The notes: generated by a model from the letters alone, not told the origin. DNA of 62,923 bases from Candidatus Dojkabacteria bacterium (GCA_016932785.1 JAFGCJ010000007.1:1-62923), one strand, 5' to 3'. Numbered from the stretch's first letter, positions 11,165 through 20,151 are shown. Made by a program: numbers and translations.

Positions 11165-11218
11165 TTAGTCGGTTCTAATAAGGAGGACGCTAAGTAGTTC
11201 AAATTTCATTGTTGTCAT
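11165..11218 (-). CDS. ilvBH leader peptide, MTTMKFELLSVLLIRTD (17 aa)
   Basis: Hand translation of the minus strand. There is a run of Leu/Val/Ile codons (L L S V L L I), and the stop codon directly abuts the GGGAGG anti-terminator segment. Confidence 0.55.
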   Translation of the reverse strand: MTTMKFELLSVLLIRTD

Positions 11219-11228
11219 CTTGAGTTGG

Positions 11229-11258
11229 ATAATAATACTGTTTGGTAGATGTTGTCAA
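11229..11258 (-). promoter_or_regulatory. Candidate promoter for the ilv leader (minus strand, TTGACA-18 nt-TATTAT)
   Basis: Reverse complement of TGTCAA at 11253-11258 and of ATAATA at 11229-11234. The predicted TSS lies only a few nt from the leader ATG. Confidence 0.45.
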
Positions 11259-11391
11259 ATTTCAGAAAGATTTATTTTTATTGAAAATTAATACAGATGG
11301 CACAGGACGGAATCTATAATGCTAGGAGATACTTGATTTAGTATTGTGCTTCTGCTACATTGTTATTATTCAAATTTTAATACTGCCCAAG

Positions 11392-14300
11392 ATGATGAAA
11401 AAGAAAATTTTTCGTAGAAGCCATTTTCTATATAGGTTATTAGCTTCGTTAGTAGTCGTTTTCCTTATTTCTATGAGCCTCTCAAGACCTGCATCTGCTG
11501 CTATAGTAAATTATGATTGGTATCGTGTTTTTGGGGCGGGTGGAGCCGAGAATGGCTATGTTGTAGCAGTTGACTCAAATGGTGATATCTATTCGTCTGG
11601 AAATTTTAATTCCTATGGATCTTCGGTAGATTTTGATGGTACGGCTGGAACAGATAATCATAGTGCCGATTCCGAGGATGTGTATTTGACTAAGTATAAT
11701 GCTGACGGAACATACGGGTGGACAAGGACGTTTGGATCTGCGGGTAGCGGTAATGACGACTCAGCAACGGATATAGTAATAGATGGAAGTTATATATACT
11801 TGATAGGATATTTTGAGGGTTCGAATGTAGATTTTGATGGTACCGCAGGTACTGATCTGCATAGTTCAAATGGTAGTAAAGATATTTTCATAACAAGATA
11901 TGATACAAGTGGTAATTATTCTTGGACAAGAACTTTTGGTGGAACTAGTGATGATAGATCTGGCGGTATAGATGTTGATAGTGGTTATATTTATGCGGCA
12001 GGATACTTTCAGGGTACTGATGTAGATTTTGATGGTACAGCCGGTACCGATCTACATAGCTCAAATGGTGGCTATGATTTCTTTATCACAAGATATGATA
12101 CCAGTGGCAACTACTCTTGGACTGTTACTGTTGGTGGTACTGGTCAGGAGAGAGGGAATGCTATAGATGTAGATTCAGGGTATGTCTATTGTGGGGGAGC
12201 CTTTTCAGGAACAGTAGATTTTGATCCAACGGGAGGAACGGAGAACCATACGGCTGTACATTCGCTTGACGCTTTTGTAACAAGGTATTCTACAGCTGGG
12301 GGGTATTCTTGGACTCGGAGTGTAGGTGGTAACTATATGGATAGTGTCTCAGGTATTGAGGCAGACGGTTCAGGTGGGGTATATCTTTCCGGTGTCTTCA
12401 ATACTACTGTTGATTTTGATCCGACGGCTGGTACGGATACCCACTCAACAAATAACCAATCTAGTGATGTTTTCATTTCAATGTATGGAACAGACGGGAG
12501 TTATGATTGGACTAGGACATTTGGAGGTTCTGACTCAGAATTTGGAACAGGGTTTATGTTGGATGTTAACGGAAATATTGTTGTTAAAGGCGAAACTTAT
12601 AGCAGTAGTGTGGATTTCGATGGCACATCGGGAACTGATACTTATACAAGTAATGGTTACACATCAAGTTTTACCACGATGTATTATCCAAACGGGGATT
12701 ATGGCTGGACTTTGTTTTCAACGGGCACAGGGTCATCGATTTTTGGAGGAGGGAGTGCGTCTAATGCTAACACGATGGTCTACAATGGTGTATTTTATGA
12801 GGGTGAGCCCGATCTTGATGGGACATCGGGTACTGATTATTACACAGAAGATCCTTACGGATATTATATTTATCTCTCCAAGTATAGTTACGATTTTCAG
12901 ATTACTAATTTAGATTCTGGCTTCGATGCTCAGGATGGGAGTGGTAATAGTCTTGAAGTTGGAAGTAGTTATGGGGCAGGAGATGATGAGGACGTATATA
13001 TTGTGGATACGTCTACGGGGCGGATACTATCTGATGTAACAGTAAATTTGTCTTTGGATTCGGATTGGAGTGGAGTAAGCGGAGAGGTTGACGAGAATGC
13101 GGGAAAGGTTGTTGTAGATGGTCTGACAACAGCGCCGGGAGCTGCAAGTACACATGCCCTGTACTCACCAATACCAGCTGGGACAGATGCAGCGTGTATG
13201 GTGGTGTGTCCAGATGCCACGGCAATAGGAGATGTTAGTGCGAGCTGTACAAACGGAGAGACGATATGTGCTGGAGAGACAGAGACGGTAACGGGAAGTG
13301 GATGGAGTGGGGATGTGACAGTGAGTAAAGTGAGTGTAAATGGAAGAAACTATCTAAAAGCAGATGGAGTAGGAGGAACAGGAGGCCAGACACTGTTTAA
13401 TGATTTTGCGCTGAGGGATACATTGACAAGACTAGAGGTAAGCCAGGACAGTGATCATACGATAGAATTTGGGAGTATAAACGGCCTGACAAGTAGCAGT
13501 GACTACATAGAGGTAGAATTTGACCCTACAGGACAGGCGTGGGATCTGTCGGGCATAACAGTATCAGATATAGATCTTGAGGATGATGGTACAGACAAGA
13601 CCTTGGCGGCGAGTGCAGGGGCAGATATCTGGGGAGTAAGTATAAATACGAGCACAGATACGATAACATTTACGGCACCTACAAGTGGTACAGACTATAT
13701 AGCAGCAAGTAGTGTGTTAACAGTAAAGGTGGGAACAGTGGCAGATGGGGGAAGTAACCAGATAACGAACCCAAGTAGTGTAGGAGAGTACGAGGTACAC
13801 ATGAGGAACTACTACAACTCAGGTGCAGATGTGGAGAGTGGAGAGGTGGAGATACCGATAATAGATGACGATACAGTAAATATCACAGGATACATAGATA
13901 CCCAGTTAAGCTTCGATATAGACACAGCGACAACAGATTTGGATTGTGATGCGGCGGGAGGAACGAGTCCGTGTGACAGCCATGGGGGAGTAACAGATGA
14001 CGCGGGATATGTAGTAGACCTAGGAGAGATGCTACTAGATCCTACATCAGCAGGGCTAAGGAATAGCGGAGACAGTGGAGTGATGCATGCGGATGGTATA
14101 ACGGGAACGGTGAATTACATCTGGCTAGATTTGGAGACGAACGCGGTAAGTGGTGCAGTGGTAACAGTGGAGAGTGGAAATGGTAGTCTTTACCGGGATG
14201 CAAGTAATGAGATACCGAGTGTGACTAATACAGGAAGTGGAGTAGCAATTACAGGAGCTTCAGGGCTATACGGGATAAGGGAGGAGAGTAATACGAGTTT

Positions 14301-14499
14301 TACGGTAGCAGGAGATTACAATGGAGTAGCAGGGACATATGGAGAGTTAAGTGATACCAGTCCGATACAGATACTGAGTGTAAGTGGGCCGGTGACGGCA
14401 GCCAGGGCGCAGTTGGATGTTGGAGCAGCACCGGATAGTGATGATGGAACAGGTACATACACAGATACTATTACCCTCATTGCTACCTGTACATTCTGA
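11392..14499 (+). CDS. Secreted beta-propeller-repeat (SBBP-like) protein with a long Thr/Gly/Asp-rich C-terminal region
   Basis: Signal peptide MMKKKIFRR...SRPASAA. About 8 repeats of VDFDGTAGTD..HS..G..D.F.TRY...G.YSWTRTFGG. The start was moved to the ATG at 11392. Confidence 0.8.
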   Translation: MMKKKIFRRSHFLYRLLASLVVVFLISMSLSRPASAAIVNYDWYRVFGAGGAENGYVVAVDSNGDIYSSGNFNSYGSSVDFDGTAGTDNHSADSEDVYLTKYNADGTYGWTRTFGSAGSGNDDSATDIVIDGSYIYLIGYFEGSNVDFDGTAGTDLHSSNGSKDIFITRYDTSGNYSWTRTFGGTSDDRSGGIDVDSGYIYAAGYFQGTDVDFDGTAGTDLHSSNGGYDFFITRYDTSGNYSWTVTVGGTGQERGNAIDVDSGYVYCGGAFSGTVDFDPTGGTENHTAVHSLDAFVTRYSTAGGYSWTRSVGGNYMDSVSGIEADGSGGVYLSGVFNTTVDFDPTAGTDTHSTNNQSSDVFISMYGTDGSYDWTRTFGGSDSEFGTGFMLDVNGNIVVKGETYSSSVDFDGTSGTDTYTSNGYTSSFTTMYYPNGDYGWTLFSTGTGSSIFGGGSASNANTMVYNGVFYEGEPDLDGTSGTDYYTEDPYGYYIYLSKYSYDFQITNLDSGFDAQDGSGNSLEVGSSYGAGDDEDVYIVDTSTGRILSDVTVNLSLDSDWSGVSGEVDENAGKVVVDGLTTAPGAASTHALYSPIPAGTDAACMVVCPDATAIGDVSASCTNGETICAGETETVTGSGWSGDVTVSKVSVNGRNYLKADGVGGTGGQTLFNDFALRDTLTRLEVSQDSDHTIEFGSINGLTSSSDYIEVEFDPTGQAWDLSGITVSDIDLEDDGTDKTLAASAGADIWGVSINTSTDTITFTAPTSGTDYIAASSVLTVKVGTVADGGSNQITNPSSVGEYEVHMRNYYNSGADVESGEVEIPIIDDDTVNITGYIDTQLSFDIDTATTDLDCDAAGGTSPCDSHGGVTDDAGYVVDLGEMLLDPTSAGLRNSGDSGVMHADGITGTVNYIWLDLETNAVSGAVVTVESGNGSLYRDASNEIPSVTNTGSGVAITGASGLYGIREESNTSFTVAGDYNGVAGTYGELSDTSPIQILSVSGPVTAARAQLDVGAAPDSDDGTGTYTDTITLIATCTF

Positions 14500-14521
14500 G
14501 GTGTGGAAATCTCCAAAAAGA

Positions 14522-14543
14522 AGAGATTATCTAGATAATCTCT
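14522..14543. terminator. Perfect 22-nt palindrome between the convergent SBBP and greA genes
   Basis: AGAGATTATCTAGATAATCTCT overlaps the greA stop codon. It is AT-rich, so terminator function is uncertain. Confidence 0.3.
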
Positions 14544-14977
14544 AGAATCTTGAAACCGATATTACCCGTTGGGGTTCTAAGTAATGCCTCGTCATTGACA
14601 TTTTTGCCGAGCATAGTTTTACCAAGAGGGGAGTTAATAGAGATTTTGCCTTTGACAGGATTTGTCTCCATACTATCTACAAGTTGGAAAATATAGTTCA
14701 TTTGGCCTATCCGTATTCGAACGACACATCCAGTTTCGACTGTCTTGTATTGTCTCTCTTTTATTACTGTGGCATTTTTAAGTAGACTTTCAATTTCGTT
14801 AATTTCTCCCTGTAAGCGAGATTTTTCCTCAATTACAAGGCTGTAGTCTGGGCTTTCATGGAACTGATTGGATGTTGAAATCTCATGAGCCTGGTCTGTC
14901 AGCTCGAGAACTTTTTTTTCGAGGAGTCTTTTTCTAGAGACCAAATGTTTTACACCGTCTTTTGTTAGAGTTCTCAT
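14531..14977 (-). CDS. greA: Transcription elongation factor GreA
   Basis: N-terminal coiled-coil plus a C-terminal FKBP-like domain (ISINSPLGKTMLGK), 148 aa. Confidence 0.88.
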   Translation of the reverse strand: MRTLTKDGVKHLVSRKRLLEKKVLELTDQAHEISTSNQFHESPDYSLVIEEKSRLQGEINEIESLLKNATVIKERQYKTVETGCVVRIRIGQMNYIFQLVDSMETNPVKGKISINSPLGKTMLGKNVNDEALLRTPTGNIGFKILEII

Positions 14978-15090
14978 AACATTCAGACTTATAATTTACA
15001 TTTCAGTACAAGATAATAGAGATGTACGCATTCTGGTGCTTGATCGTTTATTGAGGCTGGTTTGACAGAAAATTGCTCGAAGGTTTGTTA

Positions 15091-16107
15091 TTAAGCGGTA
15101 GTGTGGAGTTTAAAACCTCTGTTCTTTAGGGTAACAATATGCTTATAGGGGGCATTATCTTTTATCTTCTTTCTTATCCGGGATATTGCTTTTGAGATTG
15201 CCCAGTCAGAGTATTCCTCGTGGAAGTCTTTTCCCCAGAGGATTTTTGCAATGTCGTCACGTGTAACAAGTTTGTCCATGTTGTCGTTGAAGTGTCTCAA
15301 AATTTTGATCTCAGTGTAGGAAAGTGGTGAAGATAACCTTTTACCCCGATGGAATATTTCACCGGTGTCTAAATCGATAGATATGGTTGATTTTCCCTTT
15401 GTGAGAACCATTGCGTTTGAGACTACTTCGGTGTTCTCTATTAGTTCTTTTGTTGTTTTCTGTTCTACGTCGACCGTCTGTGCTATATCTCTTGGATCTG
15501 TAGACATTATTTCATTTGCAAGCTTTGTTAGTTTTTTTAGAACTTTGTTCTGCTTCTTTAGGCCCTCTGTCAGTTCGTAAAAAGCGATGTATCCGGCAAA
15601 TTGACTTGCTATCAACCTTAGGAGATCAATCTCTTTTGTTGTAAAGGTTTTTTTGTGACCTACAATGATGCAGCTGTAGAGTTTTCCGCGGTAGAAGCTG
15701 GGGAATATTCCAAGTTCTTTTACTCCGTACATATTCATAAGAGCCTTTAGAGATGCCTTTATAGCGGCCTTTGGAACAGGAAGATGAGGCATGAAATTCT
15801 CGACATGTTTTGTTATCTGAGGTCTTTTCGTTATTACGCTTTTACCAAAAACATTATCTTTTTTAGAAATGTCGTATCTAAGTTGCGAGAATGGTGTGCC
15901 AAGTATTTCTCCTGCTTTTTTAAGAAGAATCCCTGAACCCGATACCTTCGCGTTTGATATATAGTCTCCATCTACCTCAAATACTCCAGTAACTGGATAC
16001 TGGAATTCATTTGTAATTAATTCGGCAATAAGTGATTTGAGGCGATCCTTATCTTCTATACTTTGTATTAGCTCAACAGTTCGGTTGAGTATCTCTTCAG
16101 AAATCAC
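15091..16107 (-). CDS. Transcriptional regulator: GAF-like N-terminal domain plus OmpR/PhoB-type winged-helix DNA-binding C-terminus
   Basis: The C-terminus LSYTEIKILRHF...VTRDDIAKILWG...ISRIRKKI...TLKNRGFKL matches the Trans_reg_C pattern. There is no receiver domain. Confidence 0.65.
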   Translation of the reverse strand: MISEEILNRTVELIQSIEDKDRLKSLIAELITNEFQYPVTGVFEVDGDYISNAKVSGSGILLKKAGEILGTPFSQLRYDISKKDNVFGKSVITKRPQITKHVENFMPHLPVPKAAIKASLKALMNMYGVKELGIFPSFYRGKLYSCIIVGHKKTFTTKEIDLLRLIASQFAGYIAFYELTEGLKKQNKVLKKLTKLANEIMSTDPRDIAQTVDVEQKTTKELIENTEVVSNAMVLTKGKSTISIDLDTGEIFHRGKRLSSPLSYTEIKILRHFNDNMDKLVTRDDIAKILWGKDFHEEYSDWAISKAISRIRKKIKDNAPYKHIVTLKNRGFKLHTTA

Positions 16108-16264
16108 GGAAGGTTATTATAACATAATTTTGCTATTTTGATACGCAAAATTATTGTTATGACATCATGAATTAACAACTTATTTAAACTGTTATGTTTG
16201 TATTTTTTGTTGTAATATTGTAAGTCATCTTTGATCAAATATAACATTTAATATTGTCACGAAG

Positions 16265-17845
16265 GTGGGGTGTTGTGGTGGTATGCCCGGAGATCCGGCT
16301 GATGGGTCAGATTTATGTGGTGCATGTGTCGGACCAGTAAGTGATACTGATGGTCTGCTTCAGGTTGACATTGGTCAGGGAGAACGTTCTTCAGATCAGG
16401 ATGATGGAAAAAGACGAGAGCATGATGATGTATTCACCTTAGAGACATGCGAGAGCAAGGCTGAACAGCTTATTTTCCTTACTTTGGCTGCTCCACTGTA
16501 TCGGAAAGATGGATATGATGAGGCACTGCGTTGTGGTGATGAAATTAGTTTTTACACCATATTCCGCAGAATAATTGGTGAAGATCGAAATGTTGGTGCA
16601 GCCCAGGAAGAAGCTTCGTTTGATAGTGATGATAAAGATGACGGTGGCATTGAAAAATATGTAAGGGAAGAAGTTGGTGATTTTCTTGAGAGGTATGCCT
16701 TGGCATTGAAAATTCCTCCCGAAAGAATAGATGTGATAAAAAAGCAAATTGTTGCCAAAACGATGGCATTTTGCGGTTGCATAGGTTGCAGCCGTGCAGG
16801 AATGGAAGTATTTGTGAGACTGATGAAGCTTACCTCAGTAGTTTACCTTTTAGATCAGACCATTGACAGGTGCGATGATCTTGAATTGCTTCAAGGTTAT
16901 ATGGGTGCTATTGAGGCACATCTGCTCGGTCGAGATTTTGTACACATTGCTAGAGCCGCTATGAGAGAAGAGGTTGCAGAGAATAAATTTAAGCATATGG
17001 GGCTCTGGTTGGGAGGAGGATTAGACATGATTAACGATCTAATTGATTATGAGTTTCCGGATATTAGATATGGGTCGTTGAGTTATCAGAGGCTTATGAG
17101 GGAACTTGCTTTCAGGGAGGTCCTGACCAGACAATGGTATCTTCGTGAAAGGTCGATAGAATATGAAAGGGCTTTGGATTATGCAAGTAAATCTGCCAGG
17201 TCAGAATCTGTAAATTTAGAATGGAAGCACTTTGTAGTTGATTGTATGGTACGAGATGTAGGTCTCCAGTTCATAGCTTGTGGAGTTGATATGATTCTTC
17301 AAGAACAGGCGATAATTGAGCGACAGAAAGCGGGTGGTGAACAAGTCCCCGAAGAAGGAAATTTTACGACACCGCTGTTTGAGCTATTAGCCACGTACCG
17401 AAGATTAATACTTATTCTTGAAGGATTTCTTAGGGCTTGTGATGATTTTGGGGATAGAGAAGCAGATGCCGGGCGGAATATAAATATGTTCAATGATGGT
17501 CTTGTGTCTGATGTTTTGGAATATTGCGGGATTGATCCGGCAAGAATAGTAGAAACACAAGGAGATACCATAGAGGAGAAGGTTTTGAGACTTTTTTATC
17601 AGGCTTCAATAGAAGAATTAGAAAGAATTGGAGTTCACGGAGGTTCTGAAGATCTGGGTCGTGCTTGTTGTAATCTTCCGCATGATCATAAAGCTTTTAT
17701 TTCATTTTTGCTGGCGGTAATGAAGGGTGGGTTTGTGAATGTGATCGGAGATGTTGCATTGACTGAAGGCGTAGAAACAATGCCCGAAGAGGCACAGAAA
17801 ATACTTAGATCGTTTGGATTTGAAGTTGTTATGCCTAGATTATAG
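16265..17845 (+). CDS. Hypothetical alpha-helical protein with Asp-rich motifs and a Cys-rich N-terminus
   Basis: 526-aa ORF with motifs LLDQTIDRCDD, INDLIDYEFPD and ACDDFGDREAD. No confident family assignment. GTG start, with an alternative ATG at 16283. Confidence 0.6.
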   Translation: MGCCGGMPGDPADGSDLCGACVGPVSDTDGLLQVDIGQGERSSDQDDGKRREHDDVFTLETCESKAEQLIFLTLAAPLYRKDGYDEALRCGDEISFYTIFRRIIGEDRNVGAAQEEASFDSDDKDDGGIEKYVREEVGDFLERYALALKIPPERIDVIKKQIVAKTMAFCGCIGCSRAGMEVFVRLMKLTSVVYLLDQTIDRCDDLELLQGYMGAIEAHLLGRDFVHIARAAMREEVAENKFKHMGLWLGGGLDMINDLIDYEFPDIRYGSLSYQRLMRELAFREVLTRQWYLRERSIEYERALDYASKSARSESVNLEWKHFVVDCMVRDVGLQFIACGVDMILQEQAIIERQKAGGEQVPEEGNFTTPLFELLATYRRLILILEGFLRACDDFGDREADAGRNINMFNDGLVSDVLEYCGIDPARIVETQGDTIEEKVLRLFYQASIEELERIGVHGGSEDLGRACCNLPHDHKAFISFLLAVMKGGFVNVIGDVALTEGVETMPEEAQKILRSFGFEVVMPRL

Positions 17846-18137
17846 CTATTGTTTTTTTTGAACTTCTCGATTACAAGGTCTCCCATTCCTTAGATACCCA
17901 CAGTCATCTCTTTGGGAGTTTTATGTCTGGCTGGTCACTAAGTACTTTTTCGACAGTGTTCATAACGGTGTCAGTGTGAAAGTGGTAATCTATCTGTGGG
18001 TTATTACCCAAAACTAAGGACTGGAAATAGAGTCTTTTCTTTGCTAGAATAGGCTTTGACCCTTTTATAGGATACACACGAATGTTTTTGTATAGACCTG
18101 ATTGAAGCTAAAGGGCATAAATCAAGTTTTAGGCTTA

Positions 18138-19352
18138 ATGCCAAAACGTAAGGAAAATTTATTAAATGATTTTCTAACCTTTTTCAAGGAATTTTCAAAG
18201 TATCTATACAAGCGAGTTCGACTCGTTTTTGTTTTGTCTACTGTTTTCTATGAAGTTGTCTCTCAGTGGACATCTGGTTTGAAGAGATATTCTCTTAGGT
18301 ATCTTTTTTGGGGAAGAGTTAAAGGATACCGTGCTGTTGTTGCTGCTTTCCTCACTGTTCTAGTTTTTCTTCTACCGTTCATTTTTAGAAGACAACCCAT
18401 TACTCAAGAAACCTATGCTATTGAGCAGGATGCCTATGCTACTTTTGCTCAGAACGATCTATTGATTGAGCAGGGAACATCTCAAACTTTGATACCTAAG
18501 TCACGTCCTCGTATGGATATCATGATATATACAGTTAAAGGTGGAGACACGGTGAGTACTATAGCTGAGGAGTTTGGGCTATCGGTTGATACTATAGTAT
18601 GGGCAAACAATCTCTCCAGTGCTCATGTAATCAAGCCGGGAATGCAATTGAAAATTCTTCCTGGTGATGGGGTTATTCATACGGTGAAAAAAGGAGATTC
18701 TCTTGCAAGTATCGCCAAGAAATATGAAGCTGCGGAGCAGGCAATAGCAGATGTTAACTGGTTAGATCCTCCATTCACGCTTGAGGCTGGTCAGACATTG
18801 TTTATTCCGGATGGAACTATGCCTCCTGACCCGACCCCTGTGGCTTCTACCTCAACCAGTGCTACAGGTGGAAATGTCTCAACTGGTGGCGGAAGTCCGC
18901 CTCCTGCGGCACCTCCTTCTGGAACAAGGTTCCTGAGCTGGCCGGTTGCTGGTGGCCGTGGGTATGTGAGCCAGTGTTATACAGGATGGCATAATGGTAT
19001 AGATATCGCTGATCCAGGATGGCCAAATGTTGTTGCTGGTGCCTCCGGAAAAGTGGTTTTTGCTGGCTGTCAGTCGGGTTCGTGTCCTCCTCCGGGATCA
19101 TCAATTGGAGGTTACGGTTTGGCCTGGACAATAATTATTGATCATGGAAATGGTTATTCAACTATCTATGGTCACTTGAACAAACTTTATGTTTCCAGTG
19201 GACAATATGTCGGTACCGGTTCAGCAATAGGTCAAATGGGAAGAAGCGGAACGGCGACGGGGGTGCATTTGCACTTCATGGTTGTAAGGTCTGGGACCTG
19301 GAGTTCGTTGAATCCTGCGCAGTTTATGCAAAACCATGTGTGCGGGTATTAG
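18138..19352 (+). CDS. LysM-domain M23 family peptidase (cell-wall endopeptidase)
   Basis: A TM anchor, two LysM repeats (YTVKGGDTVSTIAEEFG, HTVKKGDSLASIAKKY), and the M23 motifs HNGIDI and GVHLHF. The start could be the TTG at 18102. Confidence 0.85.
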   Translation: MPKRKENLLNDFLTFFKEFSKYLYKRVRLVFVLSTVFYEVVSQWTSGLKRYSLRYLFWGRVKGYRAVVAAFLTVLVFLLPFIFRRQPITQETYAIEQDAYATFAQNDLLIEQGTSQTLIPKSRPRMDIMIYTVKGGDTVSTIAEEFGLSVDTIVWANNLSSAHVIKPGMQLKILPGDGVIHTVKKGDSLASIAKKYEAAEQAIADVNWLDPPFTLEAGQTLFIPDGTMPPDPTPVASTSTSATGGNVSTGGGSPPPAAPPSGTRFLSWPVAGGRGYVSQCYTGWHNGIDIADPGWPNVVAGASGKVVFAGCQSGSCPPPGSSIGGYGLAWTIIIDHGNGYSTIYGHLNKLYVSSGQYVGTGSAIGQMGRSGTATGVHLHFMVVRSGTWSSLNPAQFMQNHVCGY

Positions 19353-19441
19353 CCCTTGGGACTGGGTTTTCCTTGTGGTACCAGTGTTTTTTGTTTTTTC
19401 ATAGACAAAATTTGAGCCCATATAATCTAGTCCTTGGCACT
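19351..19441. repeat. REP doublet (AGCCCTTGGGACT at 19351, AGTCCTTGGCACT at 19429)
   Basis: Two copies of the 13-nt palindromic family, 78 nt apart, immediately upstream of the RAYT gene. The first copy overlaps the stop codon of the M23 peptidase gene. Confidence 0.75.
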
Positions 19442-19480
19442 TAATCCAATTTTAATCTCGATACCGTAGACTCATAATTG

Positions 19481-19927
19481 ATGAGGAATCTACGTTTTAA
19501 AAAGGGTCACATATACCATATTTACAATAGGGGCAACCGTAAAACTAGAATCTTTTTTCAGGAGAATGATAATCAAAGATTTGTTAGAACTATTTGTAAG
19601 TATTCACAGGAGTTTGATATGAAGATACTGGCATACTGCTTAATGCCAAATCATTATCATATTCTGTTGAAGCAGTGTGGAAATACAACAGTTTCGGTAT
19701 ATATGCAAAGAGTGGGTCTATCCTATACCTTATACATGAATAAAAAATACATGATGGTGGGTCATCTTTTCCAGGGTGCATTTGGTGCTAAGGTTGTTCT
19801 TAGAACAAGAAATCTTAAGAGAGTAGTGGAATATATTAAAGGGAATCCAGTTAAGGAAGGGCTGGTTGAAAGAGATTATGACTATAGATGGTTGTACGTG
19901 GCTAGTGCCAGGGACTTGTCGCTATAG
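19481..19927 (+). CDS. IS200/IS605-family Y1 (HUH) transposase, REP-associated tyrosine transposase (RAYT)-like
   Basis: YHIYNRGN, the HUH motif MPNHYHILL, and a C-terminal EYIKGNPV with the candidate catalytic Tyr. About 148 aa. Flanked by inverted REPs. Confidence 0.85.
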   Translation: MRNLRFKKGHIYHIYNRGNRKTRIFFQENDNQRFVRTICKYSQEFDMKILAYCLMPNHYHILLKQCGNTTVSVYMQRVGLSYTLYMNKKYMMVGHLFQGAFGAKVVLRTRNLKRVVEYIKGNPVKEGLVERDYDYRWLYVASARDLSL

Positions 19928-19994
19928 GATGAAATTTGATGCTAGGGAAGGTGGATTGGAGCTGGTATAATAGTTGTATCCGAGTCCTAAGGAC
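19904..19994. repeat. REP doublet (AGTGCCAGGGACT at 19904, AGTCCTAAGGAC at 19983)
   Basis: The first copy lies in the last codons of the RAYT ORF. It is the reverse complement of the 19429 copy apart from one base. The second copy ends exactly at tRNA-Ala position +1. Confidence 0.75.
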
Positions 19995-20069
19995 GGGCCT
20001 GTAGCTCAGTTTGGCTAGAGCGCCACATTCGCATTGTGGAGGTCGGCGGTTCGACTCCGCCCAGGTCCA
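19995..20069 (+). tRNA. tRNA-Ala (anticodon CGC)
   Basis: Hand-folded cloverleaf with anticodon loop TTCGCAT and the G3:U70 alanine identity pair. CCA is not encoded. Confidence 0.85.
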
Positions 20070-20151
20070 GTTTGCAGCTAAAACTCTTCTTGACACATTT
20101 TCTGAATACTGGCTTAATGATTATAGGAGCTAACTTTTTAGGTTTTCCTGT

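Noticed and set aside
12326-12913. Long alternative-frame and antisense ORFs inside confirmed genes (for example 12326-12913, 9882-10304, 10328-10942, 21604-22080, 32846-33310, 52738-53175)
   Set aside because: They lie wholly within well-supported CDSs, have low-complexity or compositionally biased translations and show no motifs. They are shadow ORFs.
16265-17845. Calling this ORF a terpene, squalene or polyprenyl synthase
   Set aside because: The Asp-rich motifs are suggestive, but their spacing (~55 and ~140 aa) and context do not match the canonical FARM/SARM, DDxxD/NSE or SQS motifs. It is left as hypothetical.
17934-18022. A possible highly degenerate REP doublet (GGTCACTAAGTACT near 17934, AAAACTAAGGACT at 18010)
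   Set aside because: Each copy retains only one arm of the palindrome. The 76-nt spacing is suggestive, but the match is too weak to call without a genome-wide model.
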